This document shows, piece after piece, positions 1-12,159 of a stretch of DNA of 64,000 nt. The notes beneath the pieces were generated by a model. It was not told where the DNA came from. It saw only the letters and a program-made list of their open reading frames with translations, and made no database searches. Source of the DNA: the human T2T-CHM13v2.0 reference genome, Homo sapiens; assembly GCF_009914755.1 (NCBI RefSeq), contig NC_060933.1, one strand, 5' to 3'. A program made the position numbers and the translations under genes. The stretch's first letter is position 1. Every line of letters starts with the position of its first letter.

Positions 1-3000
1 GAACGGAATGGAATGGAATGGAATGGAATGGAATGGTATGGAATGGAATGGAATGGAATGGAATGGAATGGAATCAACTCGATTGCATTCGAATGGAATG
101 GAATGGAATTAACCGAATAGAATGGAATGGAATGGAATGGAACGGAACGGAACGGAACGGAATGGAATGGAATGGAATGGAATGGAAAGGAATGGAACGG
201 AAAGGAAGGGAATGGAATGGAATAGAATGGAATGGAATGGAATCAACGCGAGTGCAGGGGAATGGAATGGAATGGAATGCAATGGAATGGAATCTTCCGG
301 AATGGAATGGAATGGAATGGAATGGAATGGAATCAACCCGAGTGCAATGGAATGGAGTGGAATGGAATGGAATGGAATGGAACAACCCGAATGGAATGGA
401 ATGTAATGGAGAGTAAGGGAGTTGAGTAGAATCAATCCGAATGAAATGGAATGGAATGGAACGGAATGGAATTGAATGGAATGGAATGGAATGCAATGGA
501 ATGGAATCAACCCGAGTGCAATGGAAAGGAGAGGAATGGAATGGAATGGAATGGAATGGAATGGAATGGAATGGAATGCAATCGTTCCGAGTGGAATAGG
601 AGGGATGTTTTCGAGTGGAATGGAAAGGAATGGAATCAACCAGAGTGGAAAGGAAGGGAATGGAATGGAATGGAAACTAATAGAATGGAATCAACACGAG
701 TGGAATGGAATGGAAAGGACTGGAATGGAATGGAATGGAATGGAATCAACTCGATTGTAATGGAATGGAATGGAATGGAATGGAATGGAATTAACCCGAA
801 TACAATGGAATGGAATGGAATGGAACGGAATGGAGTGGAATGGAATGGAATCAACACGAGTGCAGGGGAATGGAATGGAATGGAATGCAATGGAATGGAA
901 TCATCCGGAATGGAATGGAATGGAATGGAATGCAAAGCAATGGAATCAACTCGATTGCAATGGAATGGAATGGAATGGAAAGGAATACATTGGAATCAAC
1001 CCGAGAGGAATGGAATGGAAAGGACTGGAATGGAGTGGAATGGAATGGAATGGATTGGAATGGAATCAACTCGATTGGAATGGAATGGAATGGAATGGAA
1101 TGGAATGGAATTAACCCGAATAGAATGGAATGGAATGGAATGAAACGGAACGGTATGGAATGGAATGGAATGGAATGGAATGGAATGGAATCAACCCGAC
1201 TGCAGGGGAATGGAATGGAATGGAATGCAATGGAAAGAATTCAACTTGAATGGAATGGAAAGAATGGAATCAACACGAGTGGAATGGCATGGATTGGAAT
1301 GGAATGGAATGGAATCAACCCGAGTACTGGGGAATGGAATGGAATGGAATGCAATGGAATGGAATCATCCGTAATGGAATGGAAAGGAATGGAATGGAAT
1401 GGAATGGAATGGAATGGAATGGAATGGAATGGAATCAACTCGATTGCAATCGAATGGAATGGAATGGAATTAACCCGAATAGAATGGAATGGAATGGAAT
1501 GGAACGGAACGGAACGGAACGGAACGGAGTGGAATGGAATGGAATGGAATTGTATGGAATGGAATGGCATGGTACGGAATAGAATGGAATGGAAACAATT
1601 GGAATGGAATGGAATCGAATGGAATGGAATGGAATGGAATGGAATCAACCCGAGTGCAAGGGAATGTAATGGAACGGAATGCAATGGAATGGAATCATCC
1701 GGAATGGAATGGAATGGAATTGAATGGAATGGAATGGAATGGAATCAACCCGAGTGCAATGGAATGGAGTGGAATGGAATGGAATGGAATGGAACAACCC
1801 GAATGGAATGGAATGTAATGGAGAGTAAGGGAGTTGAATAGAATCAATCCGAATGTAATGGAATGGAACGGAATGGAATGGAATGCAATGGAATGGAATC
1901 AACCCGAGTACAATGGAACGGAATGGAATGGAATGTAATGTAATGGAATGGAATAGAATGGAATGGAATGGAATCAACCCGAGTGCAATGGAATGGAGAG
2001 GAATGGAATGGAATGGAATGGAAACTACCCGAATGGAATGGAATGTAATGGAGTGTAAGGGAATTGAATAGAATCAATCCGAATGGAATGGAATGGAATG
2101 GAACGGAATGTAATGGAATGGAATGGAATGGAATCAACCCGAGTGCAGGGGAATGGAATGGAATGGAATGGAATGGAATGGAATGGAATGTTATGGAATG
2201 GAATGGAATGGTACGGAATAGAATGGAATGGAACGAATTGTAATGGAATGGAATTGAATGGAATGGAATGGAATGGAATGGAATCAACGCGAGTGCAGGG
2301 GAATGTAATGGAACGGAATGCAATGGAATGGAATCATCTGGAATGGAATGGAATGGAATGCAATGGAATGGAATGGAATGGAATCAACCCGAGTGCAATG
2401 GAATGGAGTGAAATGGAATGTAATGGAAACAACCAGAATGGATTGGAATATAATGGAGTTTAAGGGAATTGAAAAGAATCAATCTGAATGTAATGAAATG
2501 GAATGGAACGGAATGGAATGGAATGGAATGGAATGGAATGCAATGGAATGGAATCAACCCGAGTGCAATCGAATGGAATCGAATGCAATGGAATGCAATG
2601 GAATGGATTCAACTTGAATGGAAAGGAAAGAATGGAATCAACACGAGTGGAATGGCATGGATTGGAATGGAATTGAATGGAATCAACCCGAGTACAGGGG
2701 AATGGAATGGAATGGAATGCAATGGAATGGAATCATCAGTAATGGAATGGAAAGGAATGGAAAGGACTGGAATGGAATGGAATGGAATGGAATGGAATGG
2801 AATGGAATGGAATGGAATCAACTCGATTTCAATCGAATGGAATGGAATGGAATTAACCCGAATAGAATGGAACGGAATGGAATGGAATGGAACGGAATGG
2901 AATGGAATGGAATGGAATGGAATGGAATGGAAAGGAATGGAATGGAATGGAATGGAATGGAATGGAATGGAATGGAATCAACGCGAGTGCAGGGGAATGT

Positions 3001-5592
3001 AATGGAACGGAATGTAATGGAATGGAATCATCCGGAATGGAATGGAATGGAATGGAATGGAATCAACCCGAGTGCAATGGAATGGAGTGGAATGGAATGG
3101 AATGGTATGGAACAACCCGAATGGAATGGAATGTAATGGAGAGTAAGGGAGTTGAAAAGAATCAATCCGAATGGAATGGAACGGAATGGAATGGAATGGA
3201 ATGGAATGGAATGGAATGCAATGGAATGGAATCAACCCGAGTACAATGGAATGGAATGGAATGGAATGGAATGGAATGGAATGGAATGGAATGGAATGGA
3301 ATGGAATGGAATGCAATGGAATGGAATGTTCCGGAATGGAATGGAATGGAATGCAATGGAATGGAATGGAATGGAATGCAATGGAATGGAATCAACCCGA
3401 GTGCAATGGAATGGAGAGGAATGGAATGGAATGGAATGGAAACTACCCGAATGGAATGGAATGTAATGGAGTGTAAAGGAATTGAATAGAATCAATCTGA
3501 ATGTAATGGAATGTAATGGAATGGAATGCAACGGAATGGAATGGAATAGAATGGAATGGAATGCAATGGAATTGAATCAACCCGAGTACAATGGAATGGA
3601 ATGGAATGGAATAGAATGGAATGGAATGGAATGGAATGATACGGAATAGAATGGAATGGAACGAAATGGAATGGAATGGAATGGAATGGAATGGAATGGA
3701 ATGGAATGGAATGGAATGGTTCCGAGTGGAATAGGAGGGAATGTATTCGAGTGGAATGGAAAGGAATGGAATCAACCAGAGTGGAATGGAAGGGAATGGA
3801 ATGGAATGGAAACTAATAGAATGGAATCAACCCGAGAGGAATGGAATGGAAAGGACTGGAATGGAATGGAATGTAATGGAATCAACTCGATTGTAATTGA
3901 ATGGAATGGAATGGAATGGAATGGAATGGAATTAACCCGAATACAATGGAATGGAATGGAATGGAACGGAATGGAGTGGAATGGAATGGAATCAACCCGA
4001 GTGCAGGGGAATGGAATGGAATGGAATGCAATGGAATGCAATCATCCGGAATGGAATGGAATGGAGTGGAATGCAAAGCAATGGAATCAACTCGATTGCA
4101 ATGGAATGGAATGGAATGGAAAGGAATACATTGGAATCAACCCGAGTGGAATGGAATGGAAAGGACTGGAATGGAGTGGAATGGAATGGAATGGACTGGA
4201 ATGGAATGGAATGGAATCAACTCGATTGGAATGGAATGGAATGGAATGGAATGGAATGGAATTAACCCGAATAGAATGGAATGGAATGGAATGGAACGGA
4301 ACGGAACGGAACGGAATGGAATGGAATGGAATGGAATGGAACGGAACGGAACGGAATGGAATGGAAAGGAATGGAATGGAAAGGAATCAACGTGAGTGCA
4401 GGGGAATGGAATGGAATGGAATGAAATGGAATGGAATCTTACGGAATGGAATGGAATGGAATAGATTAGAATGGAATGGAATGGAATGGAATGGAATCAA
4501 CCCGAGTACAGGGGAATGGAATGGAATGTAATGCAATGGAATGGAATCATCCGTAATGGAATGTAAAGGAATGGAATGGAATGGAATGGAATGGAATGGA
4601 ATGGAATGGAATGGAATGCAATGGATTCAACTCGATTGCAATGAAATGGGATAGAATGGAATGGAATGGAATGGAATGGAATGGAATGGAATTAACCCGA
4701 ATAGAATGGAATGGAATTGTATGGAACGGAACGGAACGGAACGGAACCGAATGGAATGGAATGGAATGGAATGGAATGGAATGGAATGGAATTGAATGGA
4801 ATGGAATGGAATGGTACAGAATAGAATGGAATGGAAAGAATTGGAATGGAATGGAATCGAATGGAATGGAATGGAATGGAATGGAATGGAATGGAATGGA
4901 ATGGAACCAACCCGAGTGCCATGGAATGGATTGGAATGGAATGGAATGGAATGGAACAACCCGAATGGAATGGAATGTAATGGAGAGTAAGGGAGTTGAA
5001 TAGAATCAATCCGAATGTAATGGAATGGAATGGAACGGAATGGAATGGAATGGAATGGAATGGAATGCAATGGAATGGAATCAACCCGAGTACAATGGAA
5101 TGGAATGGAATGGAATGGAATGGAATGGAATGGAATGGAATGGAATGGAATGGAATCAACCCGAGTGCAATGGAATAGAGAGGAAAGGAATGGAATGGAA
5201 TGGAAACTACCCGAATGGAATGGAATGTAATGAAGTGTAAGGGAATTGAATAGAATCAATCCGAATGGAATGGAATGTAATGGAACGGAATGTAATGTAA
5301 TGGACTGCAATGGAATCAACCCGAGTGCAGGGGAATGGAATGGAATGGAATGCAATGGAATGGAATCATCCGGAATGGAATGGAAAGGAATGGAATGGAA
5401 TCAACCCGAGTACAAAGGAATGGAGTGAAATGGAATGGAATGGAATGGAAACAACCAGAATGGATTGGAATATAATGGAGTGTAAGGGAATTGAATAGAA
5501 TCAATCTGAATGTAATGAAATGGAATGGAACGGAAAGGAATGGAATGGAATGGAATGGAATGGAATGCAATGGAATGGAATCAACCCGAGTG
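1..5592 (+). repeat. HSat3 block 1, G-rich (GGAAT) strand on +, type A vocabulary
   Basis: GGAAT on + up to ...TCAACCCGAGTG at ~5592. Words include GAGAGTAAGGGAGTTG, GGAATAGGAGGGA and CAAAGCAATGG. Confidence 0.95.
289..303. promoter_or_regulatory. Perfect three-unit heat shock element (gGAAt cTTCc gGAAt)
   Basis: Exact match to the HSF consensus nGAAnnTTCnnGAAn. Function at this site is untested. Confidence 0.55.
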
Positions 5593-5607
5593 CATTCCAT
5601 TGCATTC
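5563..5607. other. Strand-switch junction 1 with a perfect 15-bp inverted repeat and 15-nt loop
   Basis: 5563-5577 GAATGCAATGGAATG is the exact reverse complement of 5593-5607 CATTCCATTGCATTC. The loop is GAATCAACCCGAGTG. Confidence 0.9.
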
Positions 5608-5940
5608 TGGTTGTTTCCATTCCATTCCATTCCATTTCAGTCCATTCCATTGCACTCAGGTTCATTCCATTCCATTCCATTCCATTGCATTCCATTCCAT
5701 TCCATTCCGGATGATTCCATTCCATTGCATTCCATTCCATTCCATTCCCCTGCACTCGGGTTGATTCCATTCCATTCCATTACATTACATTCCGTTCCAT
5801 TCCATTCCATTCCTTTCGGATTGATTCTATTCAATTCCCTTACACTCCATTCCATTCCATTCCATTCGGGTAGTTTCCATTCCATTCCATTCCATTCCTC
5901 TCCATTCCATTGCACTCGGGTTGATTCCATTCCATTCCAT

Positions 5941-5975
5941 TACATTACATTACATTACATTACATTACATTACAT
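5941..5975 (+). repeat. (TACAT)7 variant-pentamer run
   Basis: Seven consecutive TACAT units, in phase with the CATTC array. Confidence 0.9.
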
Positions 5976-6479
5976 TCCGTTCCATTGTACTCGGGTTGAT
6001 TCCATTCCATTGCATTCCATTCCATTCCATTCCATTCCATTCCGTTCCATTCCATTACATTCGGATTGATTCTATTGAACTCCCTTACTCTCCATTACAT
6101 TCCATTCCATTCGGGTTGTTCTATTCCATTCCATTCCGTTCCACTCCATTCCATTGCACGCGGGTTTATTCCATTCCATTCCATTCCATTCCATTCCATT
6201 CCAGTCCATTCCATTCCGGATGATTCCATTCCATTGCATTCCGTTCCATTACATTCCCCTGCACTCGGGTTGATTCCATTCCATTCCATTCCATTCCATT
6301 CGATTCCATTCCATTCCAATTCTTTCCATTCCATTCTATTCCGTACCATGCCATTCCATTCCATACAATTCCATTCCATTCCATTCCACTCCGTTCCGTT
6401 CCGTTCCGTTCCGTTCGGTTCCATTCCATTCCATTCCATTCTATTCGGTTTACTTCCATTCCATTCCATTCCATTCCAT

Positions 6480-9400
6480 TCCATTCCGTTGCATTCCATT
6501 CCATTACATTCGGATTGATTCTATTCAACACCCTTACTCTCCATTACATTCCATTCCATTCGGGTTGTTCCATTCCATTCCATTACATTCCACTCCATTC
6601 CATTGCACTCGGGTTGATTCCATTCCATTCCATTCCATTCCATTCCATTCGTGTTGATTCCATTCCTTTCCATTCCATTCGGTTTGAAGGCATTCCAATC
6701 CATTCCATTCCCTTGCATTCCATTCCATTCCATTCCATTCCATTCCATTCCATTCCATTGTACTCGGGTTGATTCCATTCCTTTGCATTCCATTCCATTC
6801 CATTCCATTCCATTCCATTCCATTCCGTTGCATTCTATTCCATTACATTCAGATTGATTCTATTCAACTCCCTTACTCTCCATTACATTCCATTCCATTC
6901 GGTTGTTCCATTCCATTCCATTCCATTCCACTCCATTCCATTGCACTCGGGTTGATTCCATTCCATTCCATTCCATTCCATTCCATTCCATTCCATTCCA
7001 TTCCGGATGATTCCATTCCATTGCATTCCGTTCCATTACATTCCCCTGCACTCGCGTTGATTCCATTCCTTTCCATTCCATTCAATTCCATTCCATTACA
7101 ATTCGTTCCATTCCATTCTATTCCGTTCCGTTCCATTCCATTCCATTCCATTCCATTCCGTTCCGTTCCATTCCATTGCATTCCATTCTATTCGGGTTAA
7201 TTCCATTCCATTCCATTCGATTGCAATCGAGTTGATTCCATTCCATTCCATTCCATTCCATTCCATTCCATTCCTTTCCATTCCGTTACGGATGATTCCA
7301 TTCCATTGCATTCCATTCCAATCCATTCCCCTGTACTCGGGTTTATTCCATTCCATTCCATTCCAATCCATGCCATTGAACTCGTGTTGATTCCATTCTT
7401 TCCATTCCATTCAAGTTGAATCCATTCCATTGCATTCCATTCCATTCCATTCCCCTGCAGTCGGGTTGATTCCATTCCATTCCATTCCATTCCAATCCAT
7501 TCCATTCCACTCCGTTCCGTTCCATTCCATTCTATTCCATTCCATTATATTCGGGTTAATTCCATTCCATTCCATTCCATTCCAATCGAGTTGATTCCAT
7601 TCCATTCCACTCCATTCCATTCCACTCCATTCTAGTCCTTTCCATTCCATTCCACTCGGGTTGATTCCAATGTATTCCTTTCCATTCCATTCCATTCCAT
7701 TGCAATCGAGTTGATTCCATTGCTTTGCATTCCACTCCATTCCATTCCATTCCGGATGATTCCATTCCATTGCATTCCATTCCATTCCATTCCCCTGCAC
7801 TCGGGTTGATTCCATTCCATTCCACTCCATTCCGTTCCATTCCATTCCATTGCATTGTATTCGGGTTAATTCCATTCCATTCCATTCCATTCCATTCCAT
7901 TCCATCACAATCGTGTTGGTTCCATTCCATTCCATTCCATTCCATTCCATTCCATTCAGGATGATTCCATTCCATTACATTCCGTTCCATTACATTCCCC
8001 TGCACTCGGGTTGATTCCATTTAATTCCATTCCATTCCATTCCATTCGATTCCATTCCATTCCAATTCTTTCCATTCCATTCTCTTCCGTATCTTTCCAT
8101 TCCATTCCATACCATTCCATTCCATTCCATTCCATTCCGTTCCTTTCCGTTCCATTCCATTCCATTCCATTCTATTCGGGTTAATTCCATTCCATTCCAT
8201 TCCATTCCATTCTATTCCATTCCATTGCAATCGAGTAGAATCCATTGCATTCCATTCCATTCCATTCCATTCCATTCTGGAAGATTCCATTCCATTGCAT
8301 TCCATTCCATTCCATTCCCCTGTACTCGCGTTGATTCCATTCCATTCCATTCCATTCCATTCCGTTCCGTTCCGTTCCGTTCCATTCCATTCCATTCCTT
8401 TCTATTCGGTTTAATTCCATTCCATTCCATTCCATTCCATTCCATTCCATTCCAATCAAGTTGATTCCATTCCATTCCATTCCATTCCATTCCATTCCAT
8501 TCCACTCCATTCCAGTCCTTTCCATTCCATTCCACTCTGGTTGATTCCAATGTATTCCTTTCCATTCCATTCCATTCCATTGCAATCGAGTTGATTCCAT
8601 TGCTTTGCATTCCATTCCATTCCATTCCATTCCGGATGATTCCATTCCATTGCATTGCATTCCATTCCATTCCCCTGCACTCGGGTTGATTCCATTCCAT
8701 TCCACTCCATTCCGTTCCATTCCATTCCATTCCATTGTATTCGGGTTAATTCCATTCCATTTCATTCCATTCCATTCCATTCCATTCCATTACAATCGAG
8801 TTTATTACATTCCATTCCATTCCATTCCAGTCCTTTCCATTCCATTCCACTCGAGTTGATTCCATTCTATTAGTTTCCATTCCATTCCATTCCCTTCCAT
8901 TCCACTCTGGTTGATTCCATTCCTTTCCATTCCACTCGAATACATTCCCTCCTATTCCACTCGGAACGATTCCATTCCATTCCATTCCATTCCATTCCAT
9001 TCCATTCCATTCCATTTCGTTCCATTCCATTCCATTCCGTATCATTCCATTCCATTCCATTCCATTCCATTCCATTCCATTCCATTCCATTGTACTCGGG
9101 TTGATTCAATTCCATTGCATTCCATTCCATTCCATTCCATTCCATTCCGTTGCATTCCATTCCATTACATTCGGATTGATTCTATTCAACACCCTTACTC
9201 TCCATTACATTCCATTCCATTCGGGTTGTTCCATTCCATTCCATTACATTCCACTCCATTCCATTGCACTCGGGTTGATTCCATTCCATTCCATTCCATT
9301 CCATTCCATTCGTGTTGATTCCATTCCTTTCCATTCCATTCGGTTTGAAGGCATTCCAATCCATTCCATTCCCTTCCATTCCATTCCATTCCATTCCATT

Positions 9401-11165
9401 CCATTCCATTGCATTCCATTGTACTCTGGTTGATTCCATTCCATTGCATTCCATTCCATTCCATTCCATTCCATTCCATTCCATTCCGTTGCATTCTATT
9501 CCATTACATTCAGATTGATTCTATTCAACTCCCTTACTCTCCATTACATTCCATTCCATTCGGGTTGTTCCATTCCATTCCATTCCATTCCACTCCATTC
9601 CATTGCACTCGGGTTGATTCCATTCCATTCCATTCCATTCCATTCCATTCCATTCCATTCCGGATGATTCCATTCCATTGCATTCCGTTCCATTACATTC
9701 CCCTGCACTCGCGTTGATTCCATTCCATTCCATTCCATTCAATTCCATTCCATTACAATTCGTTCCATTCCATTCTATTCCGTTCTGTTCCATTCCATTC
9801 CATTCCATTCCGTTCCGTTCCATTCCATTGCATTCCATTCTATTCGGGTTAATTCCATTCCATTCCATTCGATTGCAATCGAGTTGATTCCATTCCATTC
9901 CATTCCATTCCATTCCATTCCATTACTTTCCATTCCATTACGGATGATTCCATTCCATTGCATTCCATTCCAATCCATTCCCCTGTACTCGGGTTGATTC
10001 CATTCCATTCCATTCCAATCCATGCCATTCCACTCGTGTTGATTCCATTCTTTCCATTCCATTCAAGTTGAATCCATTCCATTGCATTCCATTCCATTCC
10101 ATTCCCCTGCAGTCGGGTTGATTCCATTCCATTCCATTCCATTCCAATCCATTCCATTCCACCCCGTTCCGTTCCATTCCATTCTATTCCATTCCATTAT
10201 ATTCGGGTTAATTCCATTCCATTCCATTCCATTCCAATCGAGTTGATTCCACTCCATTCCATTCCATTCCATTCCACTCCATTCTAGTCCTTTCCATTCC
10301 ATTCCACTCGGGTTGATTCCAATGTATTCCTTTCCATTCCATTCCATTCCATTGCAATCGAGTTGATTCCATTGCTTTGCATTGCACTCCATTCCATTCC
10401 ATTCCGGATGATTCCATTCCATTGCATTCCATTCCATTCCATTGCATTCCATTCCATTCCATTGCATTCCATTCCATTCCATTCCCCTGCACTCGGGTTG
10501 ATTCCATTCCATTCCACTCCATTCCTTTCCATTCCATTCCATTGCATTGTATTCGGGTTAATTCCATTCCATTCCATTCCATTCCATTCCATCACAATCG
10601 GGTTGGTTCCATTCCATTCCATTCCATTCCATTCCATTCCATTCCGGATGATTCCATTCCATTACATTCCGTTCCATTACATTCCCCTGCACTCGGGTTG
10701 ATTCCATTCCATTCCATTCCATTCCATTCCATTCGATTCCATTCCATTCCAATTCTTTCCATTCCATTCTCTTCGGTACCATTCCATTCCATTCCATACC
10801 ATTCCATTCCATTCCATTCCATTCCGTTCCTTTCCGTTCCATTCCATTCCATTCCATTCTATTCGGGTTAATTCCATTCCATTCCATTCCATTCCATTCT
10901 ATTCCATTCCATTGCAATCGAGTTGAATCCATTGCATTCCATTCCATTCCATTCCATTCCATTCTGGAAGATTCCATTCCATTGAATTCCATTCCATTCC
11001 ATTCCCCTGCACTCGCGTTGATTCCATTCCATTCCATTCCATTCCATTCCGTTCCGTTCCGTTCCGTTCCGTTCCATTCCATTCCATTCCTTTCTATTCG
11101 GTTTAATTCCATTCCATTCCATTCCATTCCATTCCATTCCATTCCATTCCAATCAAGTTGATTCC
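6480..11165 (-). repeat. Tandem duplication, period ~2.65-2.66 kb (~1.75 copies)
   Basis: Shared rare words GGTTTGAAGGCATTCCAATCC (6681/9342), ATTCAGATTG, ATTATATTCGGG, ATTCTAGTCC and ATCACAATCG. ORF pairs 6521/9182 and 7197/9849 are offset by 2661 and 2652. Confidence 0.8.
8274..8288. promoter_or_regulatory. Perfect HSE, CpG-free variant (aTTCt gGAAg aTTCc); also at 10961, 14690, 18563, 22456 and 24933
   Basis: Exact consensus match. Function is untested. Confidence 0.55.
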
Positions 11166-12159
11166 ATTCCATTCCATTCCGTTCCGTTCCATTCCATTCC
11201 ATTCCATTCCATTCCATTCCATTCCATTCCGGATGATTCCATTCCATTGCATTCCGTTCCATTACATTCCCCTGCACTCGCGTTGATTCCATTCCATTCC
11301 ATTCCATTCCATTCAATTCCATTCCATTACAATTCGTTCCATTCCATTCTATTCCGTACCATTCCATTCCATTCCATTCCAATCGAGTTGATTCCTTTCC
11401 ATTCCATTCCATTCCATTCCACTCCATTCCAGTCCTTTCCATTCCATTCCACTCGGGGTGATTCCAATGTATTCCTTTCCATTCCATTCCATTCCATTGC
11501 AATCGAGTTGATTCCATTGCTTTGCATTCCATTCCATTCCATTCCATTCCGGATGATTCCATTCCATTGCATTCCATTCCATTCCATTCCCCTGCACTCG
11601 GGTTGATTCCATTCCATTCCATTCGATTGCAATCGAGTTGATTCCATTCCATTCCATTCCAATCCATGCCATTGCACTCGTGTTGATTCCATTCTTTCCA
11701 TTCCATTCAAGTTGAATCCATTACATTGCATTCCATTCAATTCGATTCCATTCGATTGCACTCGGGTTGATTCCATGGCATTGCATTCCATTCCATTCCA
11801 TTCCAATCCTTTCCATTCCATTCCATTCCATTCCATTCGGATTCATTCTATTCAATTCCCTTACACTCCATTACATTCCATTCCATTCGTGTAGTTTCCA
11901 TTCCATTCCATTCCATTCCTCTCCATTCCATTGCACTCGGGTTGATTCCATTCCATTCCATTCCATTCCATTCCATTCCATTCCATTCCATTCCGGATGA
12001 TTCCATTCCATTGAATTCCATTGCATTCCATTCCCCTGCACTTGGGTTGATTCTATTCCATTCCATTCCATTCCTTTCTTTTCCATTCCATTCCATTCCA
12101 TTCCATTCTTTCGTGTTTATTCCATTCCATTCTATTCCATTCCATTCCATTGAAATCGA

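Noticed and set aside
3725-3755. AGGAGG as a Shine-Dalgarno site, or G-runs as G-quadruplex motifs
   Set aside because: This is a eukaryotic satellite word repeated in each unit. Runs of three or more G are too far apart for a canonical G4.
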